DNA of 64,000 nucleotides, taken from Bdellovibrionales bacterium (GTDB lineage Bacteria > Bdellovibrionota > Bdellovibrionia > Bdellovibrionales > UBA1609). The notes beneath the pieces were generated by a model. The model saw only the letters and a program-made list of their open reading frames with translations. It was not told the DNA's origin and ran no database searches. Within the stretch, counting starts at the first letter, position 1. Each line of letters opens with the position of its first letter. Positions 39,372-49,055 of this stretch are shown here, in pieces. The position numbers and the translations under genes were made by a program. The stretch spans positions 512,001 through 576,000 of the forward strand of contig OZ241877.1 in NCBI GenBank assembly GCA_965203095.1, in the 5' to 3' direction.

Positions 39372-40661
39372 ATGCCCACAATAGATAAATTTTCTTCGCT
39401 CACGGTAGAATCCTCAGCAGGGGTTCAGGATTTTGATATGGGCTATCTGCTGTTTACCAGCGGAAGTCTTAAAAAAAGCCTGCCTTACCTCTATAAATCC
39501 ATGCAGGCTTTTTTAAAGAAAAAGGAGTTCTCCCATTACTTTTCCTGTTATTTTCTATTATTGCAGGCATTAGGGGAAATGGAGGAAAAAAACGAGGCCA
39601 GGGCCCTCTCTAAGGAAGTGGAAAACACCTGCAAAACCCACAAACTCGGGACAAAGCCTCTCTCGCTTTCTCTTTCAGCTTATTACAATATATATGAAGG
39701 CCATTTTGACTTGGCCAAAACACAGTTGAACTCGGCCTTAAAAACAGCTTTTGACCGTCACGATCACTATCTCAAAAAAAATGATCGCACCCGGCAATAC
39801 GCCCTTCGGTTTGATATTATGATCTGCCTGTATATTTATAGCGTTTTTTACTTGGAGACTAAAGATTATAGCAACTGCTCTCAAGAGATAAAAAATTTAC
39901 AGGCCCTTTTAAAAGATTATAGCCAACTCCAAAAAAATGTGGAGTTAGAGCATTCCCGGACAGACGATTCTCAAAGGTTAAAAGTTGGCCATTACATTTT
40001 ACAAACTTTAAAAAACAATGCTCAAAACCTCCAAAGATTGCGGTTGGGCACAAAGTTTATAGAGGCCCTTGTAGAGCTGAGGCACGGTAAAAATTACAGG
40101 CAAGCCGACCGGCTTTTATGGGAGCTTTATGAAGAGGCCAATAAAACAAACAATAATTTTTTTATACCTTATATTTTGTGCTCTATGGCATGGTGTCATG
40201 TCCAACAAGACAACAAAAAACAGGCTCAAGTTTTTTTTAATTTGGCCAAAAAAAATGTCAGTGAGGAGAGAAAGCTCCTCATCCGCTACATGGATCAATT
40301 AGAGCAGGAAGAGAAGTTTAACGATGTTCAAAACGAGAGCTATGACCTCATTTTTGACAGTAAGGATCATATTGTGGTGGAAAAGCAAAAAGGCTGTATT
40401 GAAATGAAAAATCAATTTATCCTAATGGATCTGCTCAAGCTTTTTTTGTCCACCCCAGGGCTTTCCTATTCTAAAGAGAAAATCATCAAAATAATATGGA
40501 AACAGGATTACATTTCGGAAGTGCACGATAACAAAATTTATGTGACGATAAAAAGGCTGAGGGAAATAATTGAGGTGGATTCCTGCAAACCCCGTTATAT
40601 ACTTAGGAATAGTGCTGGATATTACTTTTCAAAACAAGCTAAAATTTTGGTTAAATCCTAA
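39372..40661 (+). CDS. TPR-like plus C-terminal OmpR-type winged-helix transcriptional regulator
   Basis: C-terminal YSKEKII..IW...IYVTIKRLRE...PRYI...GY; helical N-terminus; start uncertain (39336 or 39372). Confidence 0.8.
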   Translation: MPTIDKFSSLTVESSAGVQDFDMGYLLFTSGSLKKSLPYLYKSMQAFLKKKEFSHYFSCYFLLLQALGEMEEKNEARALSKEVENTCKTHKLGTKPLSLSLSAYYNIYEGHFDLAKTQLNSALKTAFDRHDHYLKKNDRTRQYALRFDIMICLYIYSVFYLETKDYSNCSQEIKNLQALLKDYSQLQKNVELEHSRTDDSQRLKVGHYILQTLKNNAQNLQRLRLGTKFIEALVELRHGKNYRQADRLLWELYEEANKTNNNFFIPYILCSMAWCHVQQDNKKQAQVFFNLAKKNVSEERKLLIRYMDQLEQEEKFNDVQNESYDLIFDSKDHIVVEKQKGCIEMKNQFILMDLLKLFLSTPGLSYSKEKIIKIIWKQDYISEVHDNKIYVTIKRLREIIEVDSCKPRYILRNSAGYYFSKQAKILVKS

Positions 40662-40793
40662 ACAGAAGGCTCAAGTTTGGACAAATAGATTTATTTTGGA
40701 TCCCAATAAAAAATGATTGACAAGAGGACTTAAATTTGTTTGTTTTGTTAAAAAGAATTTTGTTCTAAATTACTAAAGCAGGAGGTTTTCACT

Positions 40794-41444
40794 ATGCAAA
40801 AAGTTTTATTTCTTATGGTTCTGATGTTGTCCTGTCCCTTTCACAGCCAAGGACTGGATAATGTAGATGTAATGGACAAACCCGTTTATGCTTTTGCTTT
40901 TCATAAGCTCAATGGGTCCACTCCAGAAATTTATGAAATTCAGGCTATATCTCAAAACTCAAGTTATTATGGTTTTCATTTAAGCGAAAACTCTATAGAT
41001 TTTGACTGGATACAAAAGCCCCCTATCCAAGCTCTCGATAATGATTCCAACTATATTTGGTATTGTCTCCCTATTTATGATTTACAGCCTTCCGATTGGC
41101 GAGCCGTTCAAACCCACTCCCTTTTAATTTTAGATCTAAAAACTGGAGATGGCATTAAAAAGGTGGGGACCCCACCTGTGCCCTTGCCTCTACCAGCACC
41201 TCGCCCAATGGTGATGTCTTACAGTGTTTATCCATCAATAGGTGATGATAGTGAGTATGTTTACTCCATTACAAAAGAGCTGGAAGATAGGGGCCAAACT
41301 ATAGTTTCTGAAACTATTTTTATTGATTTAGAGGACTGGATGAGCGACATAGATCAGTGGATGATAGATAATCCTGCAGGTGACTATCTTAAAAGTCAGT
41401 TTGAGCATTGTGTGTATCATATTTCGAATAATTTTTTTGATTAA
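40794..41444 (+). CDS. Secreted hypothetical protein
   Basis: Signal-peptide-like N-terminus; AGGAGG RBS. Confidence 0.75.
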   Translation: MQKVLFLMVLMLSCPFHSQGLDNVDVMDKPVYAFAFHKLNGSTPEIYEIQAISQNSSYYGFHLSENSIDFDWIQKPPIQALDNDSNYIWYCLPIYDLQPSDWRAVQTHSLLILDLKTGDGIKKVGTPPVPLPLPAPRPMVMSYSVYPSIGDDSEYVYSITKELEDRGQTIVSETIFIDLEDWMSDIDQWMIDNPAGDYLKSQFEHCVYHISNNFFD

Positions 41445-41481
41445 ATATACCGTTTAGTTTTACAATTTCACGATTTTTTGG

Positions 41482-41514
41482 TATTTCCCCCTTTAGTAGA
41501 AAAAGGGGGAAATA
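41482..41514. terminator. Intrinsic terminator-like hairpin
   Basis: tatttcccccttt-agtagaa-aaagggggaaata perfect stem. Confidence 0.6.
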
Positions 41515-41561
41515 GTAGTTTTCGCGTATTGGCAGTTGTGTGCTGATACGAGGGATAAATT

Positions 41562-41637
41562 AGGAGGTTAGCTCAGCTGGTAGAGCGCCACCCTTACAAG
41601 GTGGATGTCGTCGGTTCGAATCCGGCACCTCCTACCA
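41562..41637 (+). tRNA. tRNA-Val (TAC)
   Basis: Cloverleaf: AGGAGGT/ACCTCCT acceptor, CCACC-CTTACAA-GGTGG anticodon arm, TTCGAAT T-loop, encoded CCA. Confidence 0.95.
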
Positions 41638-41751
41638 TTTCTTTTTGACAAAAGTTTACCATTCCCTTCATAGACAAGATAATTTGTCCTTGCTATTATT
41701 AAAAATGTTTGAAAAACAAGCTTTAAAGTGTAATGAAGCAAATATAAAATT

Positions 41752-43065
41752 ATGAGCACAAAAAATCAGATGGCAAAAATTTTATCTCTTTGCCGGAGTC
41801 GAGGGTTTTTGTTTCCCTCCAGTGAAATTTACGGTGGGCTTAATTCCTGTTGGGATTATGGCCCTTTAGGTGCTCAGTTAAAAAATAATATCAAAAAACT
41901 TTGGTGGGAAAACATGACTCGCCGGCCCGATGTGGTGGGTTTAGATTCCAGTATTTTTATGCACCCGGAAACATGGTCAGCCTCTGGCCATTTAGAAAGC
42001 TTTGTGGATCCTCTATCCGACTGTCGGGATTGCAAACAGAGGTTTCGTTTAGATTCAGGAATAAGCCAATGCCCTCATTGTGGCTCAAAAAATTTTACAA
42101 CAGCTCGAAATTTTAATCTCATGTTCAAAAGTTTTATAGGCCCTGTGGAAGGGGAAGGTGCCACCATTTATTTACGCCCTGAAACCGCTCAGGGCATTTA
42201 TGTCAATTTTTTAAATATTCAAAAAAGCATGAGGCTCAAAATCCCCTTTGGTGTGGCACAAATCGGCAAAGCTTTCCGGAATGAAATCACCCCTTCCCAT
42301 TTCATTTTCCGAATGCGGGAATTTGAGCAGATGGAAATGCAATTTTTTATCCCTCCCTCTGATGGCGATAAATGGTTTGAATATTGGCGAGAGGAGAGGA
42401 AAGCTCAACTTTTAAGCCTGGGTTTAAAAGATTCAGAGTTGCATTTTAAGCCTCACCCATCAGAGGAATTGGCCCATTATGCGAAAAAAGCAGAAGATAT
42501 TGAGTTTGATTTTTTTATGGGGCGAAAAGAGTTAGAGGGTTTGCATCATCGTGGGGATTTTGATCTCTCTCGTCATCAAAAGTTTTCCGGCAAAAAGTTA
42601 GAATATTTTGATCCAGAACAAAATTTATCTTATCTCCCTCATGTGATTGAAAGCTCTATTGGTTGTGATCGTTTGCTTTTAGCCCTTTTGTGCTCTGCTT
42701 ATGCAGAAGAGACAGTTAAAAATGAAATGCGAAAATTTTTAAAATTTAAACCCCAGTTAGCCCCTGTTCAAGTAGCCATTTTACCTCTTTCTAAAAAAGA
42801 AGGACTAATGGATATAGGAGGTAAAATCCAAAAAGAGCTGAAAAATCTTTGGTTTGTGGAATATGATATTTCCGGAAGCATTGGGAAACGATACCGCCGT
42901 CAGGATGAAATTGGAACTCCTTTTTGTGTGACAATAGATTTTGAGAGTCTTGAGGATCAAAAAGTGACAGTAAGAGATCGGGACAATATGAATCAAGAGC
43001 GGATCCTCATAGAATCTTTAGCTCATTTTTTAAAAGAAAAATTTGACAGGACAAAAATCTTTTGA
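41752..43065 (+). CDS. glyQS: Glycine--tRNA ligase (homodimeric type)
   Basis: SSEIYGG, LRPETAQG, FRNEITP, REFEQME, SIGKRYRRQDEIGTP. Confidence 0.95.
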   Translation: MSTKNQMAKILSLCRSRGFLFPSSEIYGGLNSCWDYGPLGAQLKNNIKKLWWENMTRRPDVVGLDSSIFMHPETWSASGHLESFVDPLSDCRDCKQRFRLDSGISQCPHCGSKNFTTARNFNLMFKSFIGPVEGEGATIYLRPETAQGIYVNFLNIQKSMRLKIPFGVAQIGKAFRNEITPSHFIFRMREFEQMEMQFFIPPSDGDKWFEYWREERKAQLLSLGLKDSELHFKPHPSEELAHYAKKAEDIEFDFFMGRKELEGLHHRGDFDLSRHQKFSGKKLEYFDPEQNLSYLPHVIESSIGCDRLLLALLCSAYAEETVKNEMRKFLKFKPQLAPVQVAILPLSKKEGLMDIGGKIQKELKNLWFVEYDISGSIGKRYRRQDEIGTPFCVTIDFESLEDQKVTVRDRDNMNQERILIESLAHFLKEKFDRTKIF

Positions 43066-43085
43066 TAAAAATTAAAAATGACTAA

Positions 43086-43162
<77 letters not shown>

Positions 43163-43240
43163 AAAATTATAAAAAGCTCTGGAGCTGGCAATTTTTGTTT
43201 CTAAAATTTAATCATCCATTTTTTTAACCCAGGTTAAATT

Positions 43241-45622
43241 TTGAGCTATCATCACCAACAGATAGAAAAAAAATGGCAAGAGAGATGGCAGTCCTCTAAA
43301 ATCTTTCACTGCCAAAAAGATCTCAGTAAGCCCAAGTTTTATGCTCTCAATATGTTTCCTTATCCTTCCGGTGCTGGGCTTCATATAGGCCACTTGGCCT
43401 CTTACACTCCTACCGAAGTGGTGGCTCGTTTTAAAAAGGCTCAAGGATTTAATGTTTTGCATCCTATGGGTTATGATGCTTTTGGCTTGCCGGCAGAACA
43501 GTATGCCATTCAAACGGGAATACACCCTGAAGAAACCACAAAAAAAGCCATTGAGAATTTTCGCCGGCAGTTAAAATCCTTTGGCTACAGTTTTGACTGG
43601 AGTCGTGAGATCTCCACTTGTGATCCCTCTTATTATAAATGGACTCAATATTTGTTTAAAATTTTTTTTAAAAGAAAGTTGGCTTATCAAGCTCCCTCAG
43701 CTGTAAATTGGTGTCCTGCCCTTCGCACAGTTTTGGCTAATGAGGAGGTTGTTGATGGGAAAAGCGAACGGGGCGGGCATGAAGTGTTCCGGGTTTTAAG
43801 AAAGCAATGGTTAATTAAAATCACGGCTTACTCTGAAAGCTTGATAAAAGATTTAGATGAAGTGGATTGGCCGGAAAGCTCAAAAACAGCTCAAAAAAAT
43901 TGGATTGGGAAAAGCGAGGGTGCTCTGATTGATTTCCGAGTTAAAAATTCGGGAAAATCCTTTTCTGTTTGGACTACCCGGCCGGACACTCTTTTTGGTG
44001 TATCTTATATGGTTTTAGCACCAGAACATCCTCTTGTGCCTCAAATCACAACAAAAGCTCAAAAAAACACAGTGACTGATTATCAAAAACAGTGCCAGTC
44101 GCAAAGTGAGACTCAAAGAAAAAGTGGGCAAAACAAAACCGGAGTTTGGACCGGAGCCTTCGCCAAACACCCCATTACTCAAGAGGATCTGCCAATATGG
44201 ATCTCCGATTATGTTTTAATGGATTATGGAACAGGGGCCATTATGGCTGTTCCCGCTCATGATGAAAGGGATTATGGTTTTGCCCAGCATTTTAATTTAA
44301 AAATTCTTCCTGTAATAGAGAGCGAAAATCTCCCGTTTGAAGGGGATGGGCCTCATATCCATTCTGAACACAAAGATATTAGCTTGAACGGCCTTAACAA
44401 AAAATCCGCTATAGAAAAAATGATCAACTATCTTGAAAAAACAAAAAAAGGACAAAGGCAAATTCAATACAAATTAAGAGATTGGCTTTTTAGCCGGCAA
44501 AGGTATTGGGGCGAGCCTTTTCCCATTGTCAAAAATAAGTATGGGGAACACAAAGCCGTCCCGGATGAGGAGTTGCCTGTCCTTCTCCCCCCAGTGGCGG
44601 ATTATGAACCTTCGGAAAAGGGAGAACCCCCCTTAGCTCGTTCCAAAGATTTTGTGAAAGATAAAAAAGGCAATTTAAGGGAGACAGACACCATGCCCGG
44701 CTCTGCCGGTTCCTCATGGTATTTTTTAAGATATACGGATCCGCAAAACCACAAAGCCCCTTTTGGTTTTGAAGAGCAAAAATACTGGATGCCTGTAGAT
44801 CTTTATGTGGGGGGGAGCGAGCACAATGTAGGCCACCTGCTTTATGCTCGGCTTTGGCAAAAAGTTTTGTTTGATGAAGGGCTGGTCTCTCATAAAGAGC
44901 CTTTTAAAAAGTTGGTTCATCAAGGGACTATTTTAGGGGAAGACGGTTTTAGAATGTCCAAATCCAGAGGCAATGGGGTCAATCCGGATGAGTTAAGGCA
45001 AAAATATGGAGCCGACAGCTTAAGGCTTTATATATGTTTTTTAGGTCCTTTTGATAAAGACAAACCTTGGTCGGCTAAGGGCATTGAAGGCTCACGGAGG
45101 TTTTTGGATCGTTTTTGGCGATGGGCAAAAGAGAGCCAAAACAAAAAAGAAAAATGGCCCCCCGGTTTAAGTGCCTTATCCCATCAAACCATAAAAAAAG
45201 TGACAGAGGATATTGAGAGTATGAATTTTAATACCGCCATTTCCGCCCTGATGATTTGGCTTAATGAAATTTACAAATTAAAAATAAAAAACGAAAGCTG
45301 GGCCAAAATATTTGCTCAACTCCTTATGCCTTTTGCTCCTCATTTAGCAGAGGAAGTTTGGGAGCTTTTAGGGGGGGAGAGTTTTGTCTCTCTGGCACCT
45401 TGGCCAGATTATAAATTAGAAATGGCTCAAACAAAAAAAGAGAGCATTGGTGTTCAAGTGGCTGGGAAAACTCGTGGATCTATTGAGATCTCCTCTAATG
45501 AAGATAAGGAGAGTGCCATTCAAAAAGCTTTACAAATCCCCTCTGTTCAAAAACAAATTCAAGGTAAAAAAATCAAAAAATGCATTTATAAAAAAGGCAA
45601 AATTTTAAATCTTATTGTCTAA
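43241..45622 (+). CDS. leuS: Leucine--tRNA ligase
   Basis: MFPYPSG, HIGH, TTRPDT, SRQRYWG, RMSKS (KMSKS) motifs; TTG start. Confidence 0.96.
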   Translation: MSYHHQQIEKKWQERWQSSKIFHCQKDLSKPKFYALNMFPYPSGAGLHIGHLASYTPTEVVARFKKAQGFNVLHPMGYDAFGLPAEQYAIQTGIHPEETTKKAIENFRRQLKSFGYSFDWSREISTCDPSYYKWTQYLFKIFFKRKLAYQAPSAVNWCPALRTVLANEEVVDGKSERGGHEVFRVLRKQWLIKITAYSESLIKDLDEVDWPESSKTAQKNWIGKSEGALIDFRVKNSGKSFSVWTTRPDTLFGVSYMVLAPEHPLVPQITTKAQKNTVTDYQKQCQSQSETQRKSGQNKTGVWTGAFAKHPITQEDLPIWISDYVLMDYGTGAIMAVPAHDERDYGFAQHFNLKILPVIESENLPFEGDGPHIHSEHKDISLNGLNKKSAIEKMINYLEKTKKGQRQIQYKLRDWLFSRQRYWGEPFPIVKNKYGEHKAVPDEELPVLLPPVADYEPSEKGEPPLARSKDFVKDKKGNLRETDTMPGSAGSSWYFLRYTDPQNHKAPFGFEEQKYWMPVDLYVGGSEHNVGHLLYARLWQKVLFDEGLVSHKEPFKKLVHQGTILGEDGFRMSKSRGNGVNPDELRQKYGADSLRLYICFLGPFDKDKPWSAKGIEGSRRFLDRFWRWAKESQNKKEKWPPGLSALSHQTIKKVTEDIESMNFNTAISALMIWLNEIYKLKIKNESWAKIFAQLLMPFAPHLAEEVWELLGGESFVSLAPWPDYKLEMAQTKKESIGVQVAGKTRGSIEISSNEDKESAIQKALQIPSVQKQIQGKKIKKCIYKKGKILNLIV

Positions 45623-45772
45623 AACCTCAGCTCAAAAAAAACTAAATTGCACCCCCCTCCCTCTTGACTTGGCTTCATGTGGATATTTTGTATGTGAAAA
45701 CTTATATTCTTCTAAGTGGTATGATAAATTAAGCTCTGCAACTTTTAAACTTAACAAAAAGGAGATCAAACT

Positions 45773-45937
45773 ATGATTATAATTGAACAACTTTTTAATA
45801 AAAAAAGCAAAAAAAAGATTTTTCAGTCAGCCCAAAATGTCCAATTCGCTTATAAGAATTTTAAAACCAAAGCAAAGATGGAAGAGCTAACAGGGCTATT
45901 AAAAAAAAGATTCTTTGACATGGTTAGATACAGATAA
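45773..45937 (+). CDS. 54-aa ORF, probable N-terminal piece of the downstream recombinase
   Basis: AAAAGGAG RBS; MIIIEQLFNKKSKKKIFQSAQNVQFAYKNFKTKAKMEELTGLLKKRFFDMVRYR*; overlaps the recombinase frame after an A8 tract. Confidence 0.55.
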   Translation: MIIIEQLFNKKSKKKIFQSAQNVQFAYKNFKTKAKMEELTGLLKKRFFDMVRYR

Positions 45938-46913
45938 ATCGGAAATGTCTTTTTCTGATTGTTTTCAGCAATACCTGAAAGGAGGGATTCCCTCTCTAAA
46001 AAAATCTACCAGACAGGCTTACGAGACCCGCTGGAAATATTTTACAACAGGCCCCCTTCCGCATGTTAAAATGAAAGAGTTTAAGGCTCAAACTGTTTAT
46101 AATTGGATGAATTGGCTGAAAGCCCATCCGACAGCAAAAAACAAAAGCAGAAAGACATTTGCTCAAGAGTTAAAAACTCTTAAAATAATTTTGCATTGGC
46201 ATCGCAATTTTGTAGATGAGAATTTTAATGTTCCCATCACTAAAAAACACAAACAGCTTTGCTATTATAAAACGGTTCCACCAAAAAGGCCGGACTACTA
46301 TGCTAAGCCAGAGGAGCTGAGAGAATTTATCTGCTGGCTTAGGGATAATAGAAAAAATCCCATGTATTGGAGGTTGGCCTTGTTTATGGTCTTAACAGGG
46401 GCAAGGGTAGGCGAGGCTTGCGGGCTTTGTTGGAGTGCAGTGGATTTTAAAAGAGGCCATGCCAGAGTGATGAGACAAATGGCTTGGGAGCAAAAAAGCA
46501 AAAGGCCCTATTTAGAGGAAACAACAAAGACTTCCGCCTCTGCCCGTATTTTGTTATTGCCTGATGAGCTGTTGAGGCTTTTAAAGGCAATGAGGGCGGA
46601 AAGCTCGAATAAAACAGGTTTGCTCTTCACCGATCGAAGGGGCAAAGCTGTAAAATACAATGCCATTCAATCTTCTTTTAATGCGGGTTTTATGGCCTTA
46701 GGTTTAACTTGGCGATCGACTCATATTTTAAGGCATTCCTACGCCACAATCGCTTTAATAGCCACTAAAGATTTGTCTGCTGTTCAGGCAAGCCTTGGAC
46801 ATACTTCCAGCCGTATGACAGAAAGGTATGCTAAAGTCATAGCCTTACTTGACAGAAAAACAGCGGAAAAAACAGCCAAGGTTCTGGACATTTTTAGCAA
46901 ATTATCAAAGTGA
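45915..46913 (+). CDS. Tyrosine recombinase/integrase
   Basis: Intact catalytic set: TGARVGE (R), KT (K), HILRH (HxxR), LGH (H), RYA (Y). Confidence 0.92.
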   Translation: MTWLDTDKSEMSFSDCFQQYLKGGIPSLKKSTRQAYETRWKYFTTGPLPHVKMKEFKAQTVYNWMNWLKAHPTAKNKSRKTFAQELKTLKIILHWHRNFVDENFNVPITKKHKQLCYYKTVPPKRPDYYAKPEELREFICWLRDNRKNPMYWRLALFMVLTGARVGEACGLCWSAVDFKRGHARVMRQMAWEQKSKRPYLEETTKTSASARILLLPDELLRLLKAMRAESSNKTGLLFTDRRGKAVKYNAIQSSFNAGFMALGLTWRSTHILRHSYATIALIATKDLSAVQASLGHTSSRMTERYAKVIALLDRKTAEKTAKVLDIFSKLSK

Positions 46914-47179
46914 TGAACTTATACTGATCTTGTTTGAAAATTCCTGCTTTCTCTACTCTGTTTTGACCGGAAATCTCAAATGTAATCAGTATAATTTTTC
47001 CCAGGAACTCCGGACTTTCCGCCGACCTAATCCTTCCCCTTGGCATAGTCCTTTCTTTGAGAGTGAGAATCCTTAACTCCCTGCTCTCATAAAAACGAGA
47101 GGTCCTTTTGAAAGTGAATTTTAATAGATTTTTTAAAATGTGTGCGAAAAACTACCGCAATTCACTCAAAAAGTCTTCT

Positions 47180-47529
47180 AAATGGTGGATACTACCAAGA
47201 TTAACCTTAAATGCTCTGAAGTTCTATTATTGAGCTATTTTGTTGGAATTGTCAAAAAAATTTTTTAAAAATTTCTCAAGAAAAAGATTTTAAGGGAGGA
47301 TTCAGGTAAAAAAGCCTATAAATAAAGGCTTTTTGCCCACTTCCCGGCCTTCCCGACTTTTATCCTTATGAGACATTTATTCTACCTTTAGACCTAAAAA
47401 GAGGCTTAGCAGGCACTAAAAATCTTAAGGAAGGCTTTTTGGACTTAAACCCGCTCAATCTAAAAAAGCCTTTGTTTTCAAGGTTTTTGAGCCTTTCATT
47501 TTTAACAATCTTGGTAGGAAATACCATTT
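47180..47529. promoter_or_regulatory. Putative invertible promoter switch for the pilin gene
   Basis: Inverted repeats 47180-47202 / 47507-47529 (perfect 11-bp core CTACCAAGATT plus outer AAATGGT); internal TTGACA-N18-AATAAT on the minus strand at 47226-47255. Confidence 0.7.
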
Positions 47530-47590
47530 TCCGAAAAAGATTTGAGCTTAAAGGCTTTGGAAAAACTTAAAACACATAAGGAGATAAATT

Positions 47591-48256
47591 ATGGAAAACA
47601 TAAAAACTTTTTTTAAAAGGCTTTTCTCTGCCTTCACAAAAGAGAGAAAAAACACTTTAGGCTTTTCCCTTGTGGAGCTATTGGTAGTCGTGGCTATCAT
47701 TGGAATTTTAGCCGCCGTGGCTGTGCCAGCTTATAACAAATATCGTGCCAATGCCGCCCAGGGAGCAATCACAGGCTCACTTCAGGCAATGGGTAAAGAC
47801 TTTGTGAATTGTCTTGCGACAAACACATGGGCTAATTGTGACTCTTTAACAGAACTGGGGGGGACTTGCCCAAATTGCATGTCTGGCACAGACGGAACAG
47901 ATGATTTTTGCCTTGATACAGAAAAAGAAGTCGCTGGGACAACATATATGGGTTGCGTAAGTGTTTCTGGTTCTGGGTTGCCTGTTATAGTGGGGAACTG
48001 GCCAAGCCTTTGCTCTGGTATTACCGTGAGTTATGGTTGCACCACGGTAGGATCTTTGACTAATCCAACAAACACATGTGCTGATTTAAATTGTATGAAT
48101 ACAGCCACAGCTCCGGTAGGGGCGGCTTGCACGGCAGGGATAGTCGCCGGGGCAATGGCCATCCAACATAATTGCACGGATACCACGGACGCCAATGCTT
48201 TAACTAATTCAATGGCCGCGGGAAGTTGTGGCATGACGACAGGGGAATGCTCTTAA
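47591..48256 (+). CDS. Type IVa pilin-like protein, Cys-rich
   Basis: Class III signal G|FSLVELLVVVAIIGILAAVAVPAY; 14 Cys in the globular part; AAGGAG RBS. Confidence 0.9.
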   Translation: MENIKTFFKRLFSAFTKERKNTLGFSLVELLVVVAIIGILAAVAVPAYNKYRANAAQGAITGSLQAMGKDFVNCLATNTWANCDSLTELGGTCPNCMSGTDGTDDFCLDTEKEVAGTTYMGCVSVSGSGLPVIVGNWPSLCSGITVSYGCTTVGSLTNPTNTCADLNCMNTATAPVGAACTAGIVAGAMAIQHNCTDTTDANALTNSMAAGSCGMTTGECS

Positions 48257-48287
48257 GGAGTATATTGCTGATTTAAGTTTAACTATG

Positions 48288-48315
48288 AGGGGGAGTTTTA
48301 TACTCCCCTTTATTT
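48288..48315 (+). terminator. Intrinsic terminator after pilin
   Basis: aggggagt-tttat-actcccct followed by ttattt. Confidence 0.65.
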
Positions 48316-48332
48316 CCTAAAGGATAATAAAA

Positions 48333-48596
48333 ATGAGTTTAAAAGATATAGCTAAGAGAGCACAAAAAGCACAGAGAGATAAAGATAGAGAGAATTTATC
48401 AAAAGCTATTTTAGATTGTTATAAATACCTTAATAAAGAATATCCAGGGGAATACTTTGGAGCAGTTAAAATTGATAATAAACTTGGGATTAGAAAAGAA
48501 AGGGGGCATAGTTCTGGCACACATAGCATTATAAAAAGATTAAAAGAGGATGGTTTTTTAGAGCAAAAGCGGGGGTTTAGGATAAAAAATGACTGA
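48333..48596 (+). CDS. Small basic hypothetical protein (possible winged helix), paralogue A
   Basis: GEYFGAVKIDNKL...L.EDGFLEQKRGFRIK shared pattern with next ORF. Confidence 0.7.
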   Translation: MSLKDIAKRAQKAQRDKDRENLSKAILDCYKYLNKEYPGEYFGAVKIDNKLGIRKERGHSSGTHSIIKRLKEDGFLEQKRGFRIKND

Positions 48597-48813
48597 AAAT
48601 AAAACAAAAAAAAGAGAGATGATAAAGGACTTTTATAAGGATTTTCATAAAAAGCATCTGGGGAAATACATTGGAGCATATAAAATTGATGACAGGCTTA
48701 GTTTTGATCCGGGTCATAACAATTTTCCCACACATGACATTTTATTGGAATTGGTAAAAGAGGGATATTTGAAGCAAAACAAAGGTTCAGGGTTTAGGTT
48801 AAAAAAGAAATGA
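48589..48813 (+). CDS. Small basic hypothetical protein, paralogue B
   Basis: GKYIGAYKIDDRL...LVKEGYLKQNKGSGFRLK; overlaps upstream stop. Confidence 0.7.
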   Translation: MTENKTKKREMIKDFYKDFHKKHLGKYIGAYKIDDRLSFDPGHNNFPTHDILLELVKEGYLKQNKGSGFRLKKK

Positions 48814-48852
48814 CTGAAAAACAAAAAATAGCTGGTGTGATTTTTGGCAAGG

Positions 48853-49002
48853 TTCGCGGGAATGACTGGGTTCACGGAAAAGACAAAGTTGGAATGGATT
48901 CCCGTTTTCACGGGAGCCCAAAAGTCCGGGGGACTTTTGGGCAAATTCACGAGAATGACTTGGTTCACGAGAGCTAAAAAGTCCGGGAGACTTTTAGGTA
49001 AA
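48853..49002. repeat. Cluster of REP-like fragments
   Basis: gcgggaatgac, ggattcccgttttcacggga, cacgagaatgac and two aaaagtccgg..gactttt hairpins. Confidence 0.75.
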
Positions 49003-49055
49003 TTCTTTGGACAACAGAGGCAAACTTTTTCACAGGCAGGCAAATAGGTTAAAAG

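Noticed and set aside
41630..41637. tRNA-Val 3' end TCCTACCA matching the right switch repeat
   Set aside because: Only 8 bp; expected by chance in 64 kb
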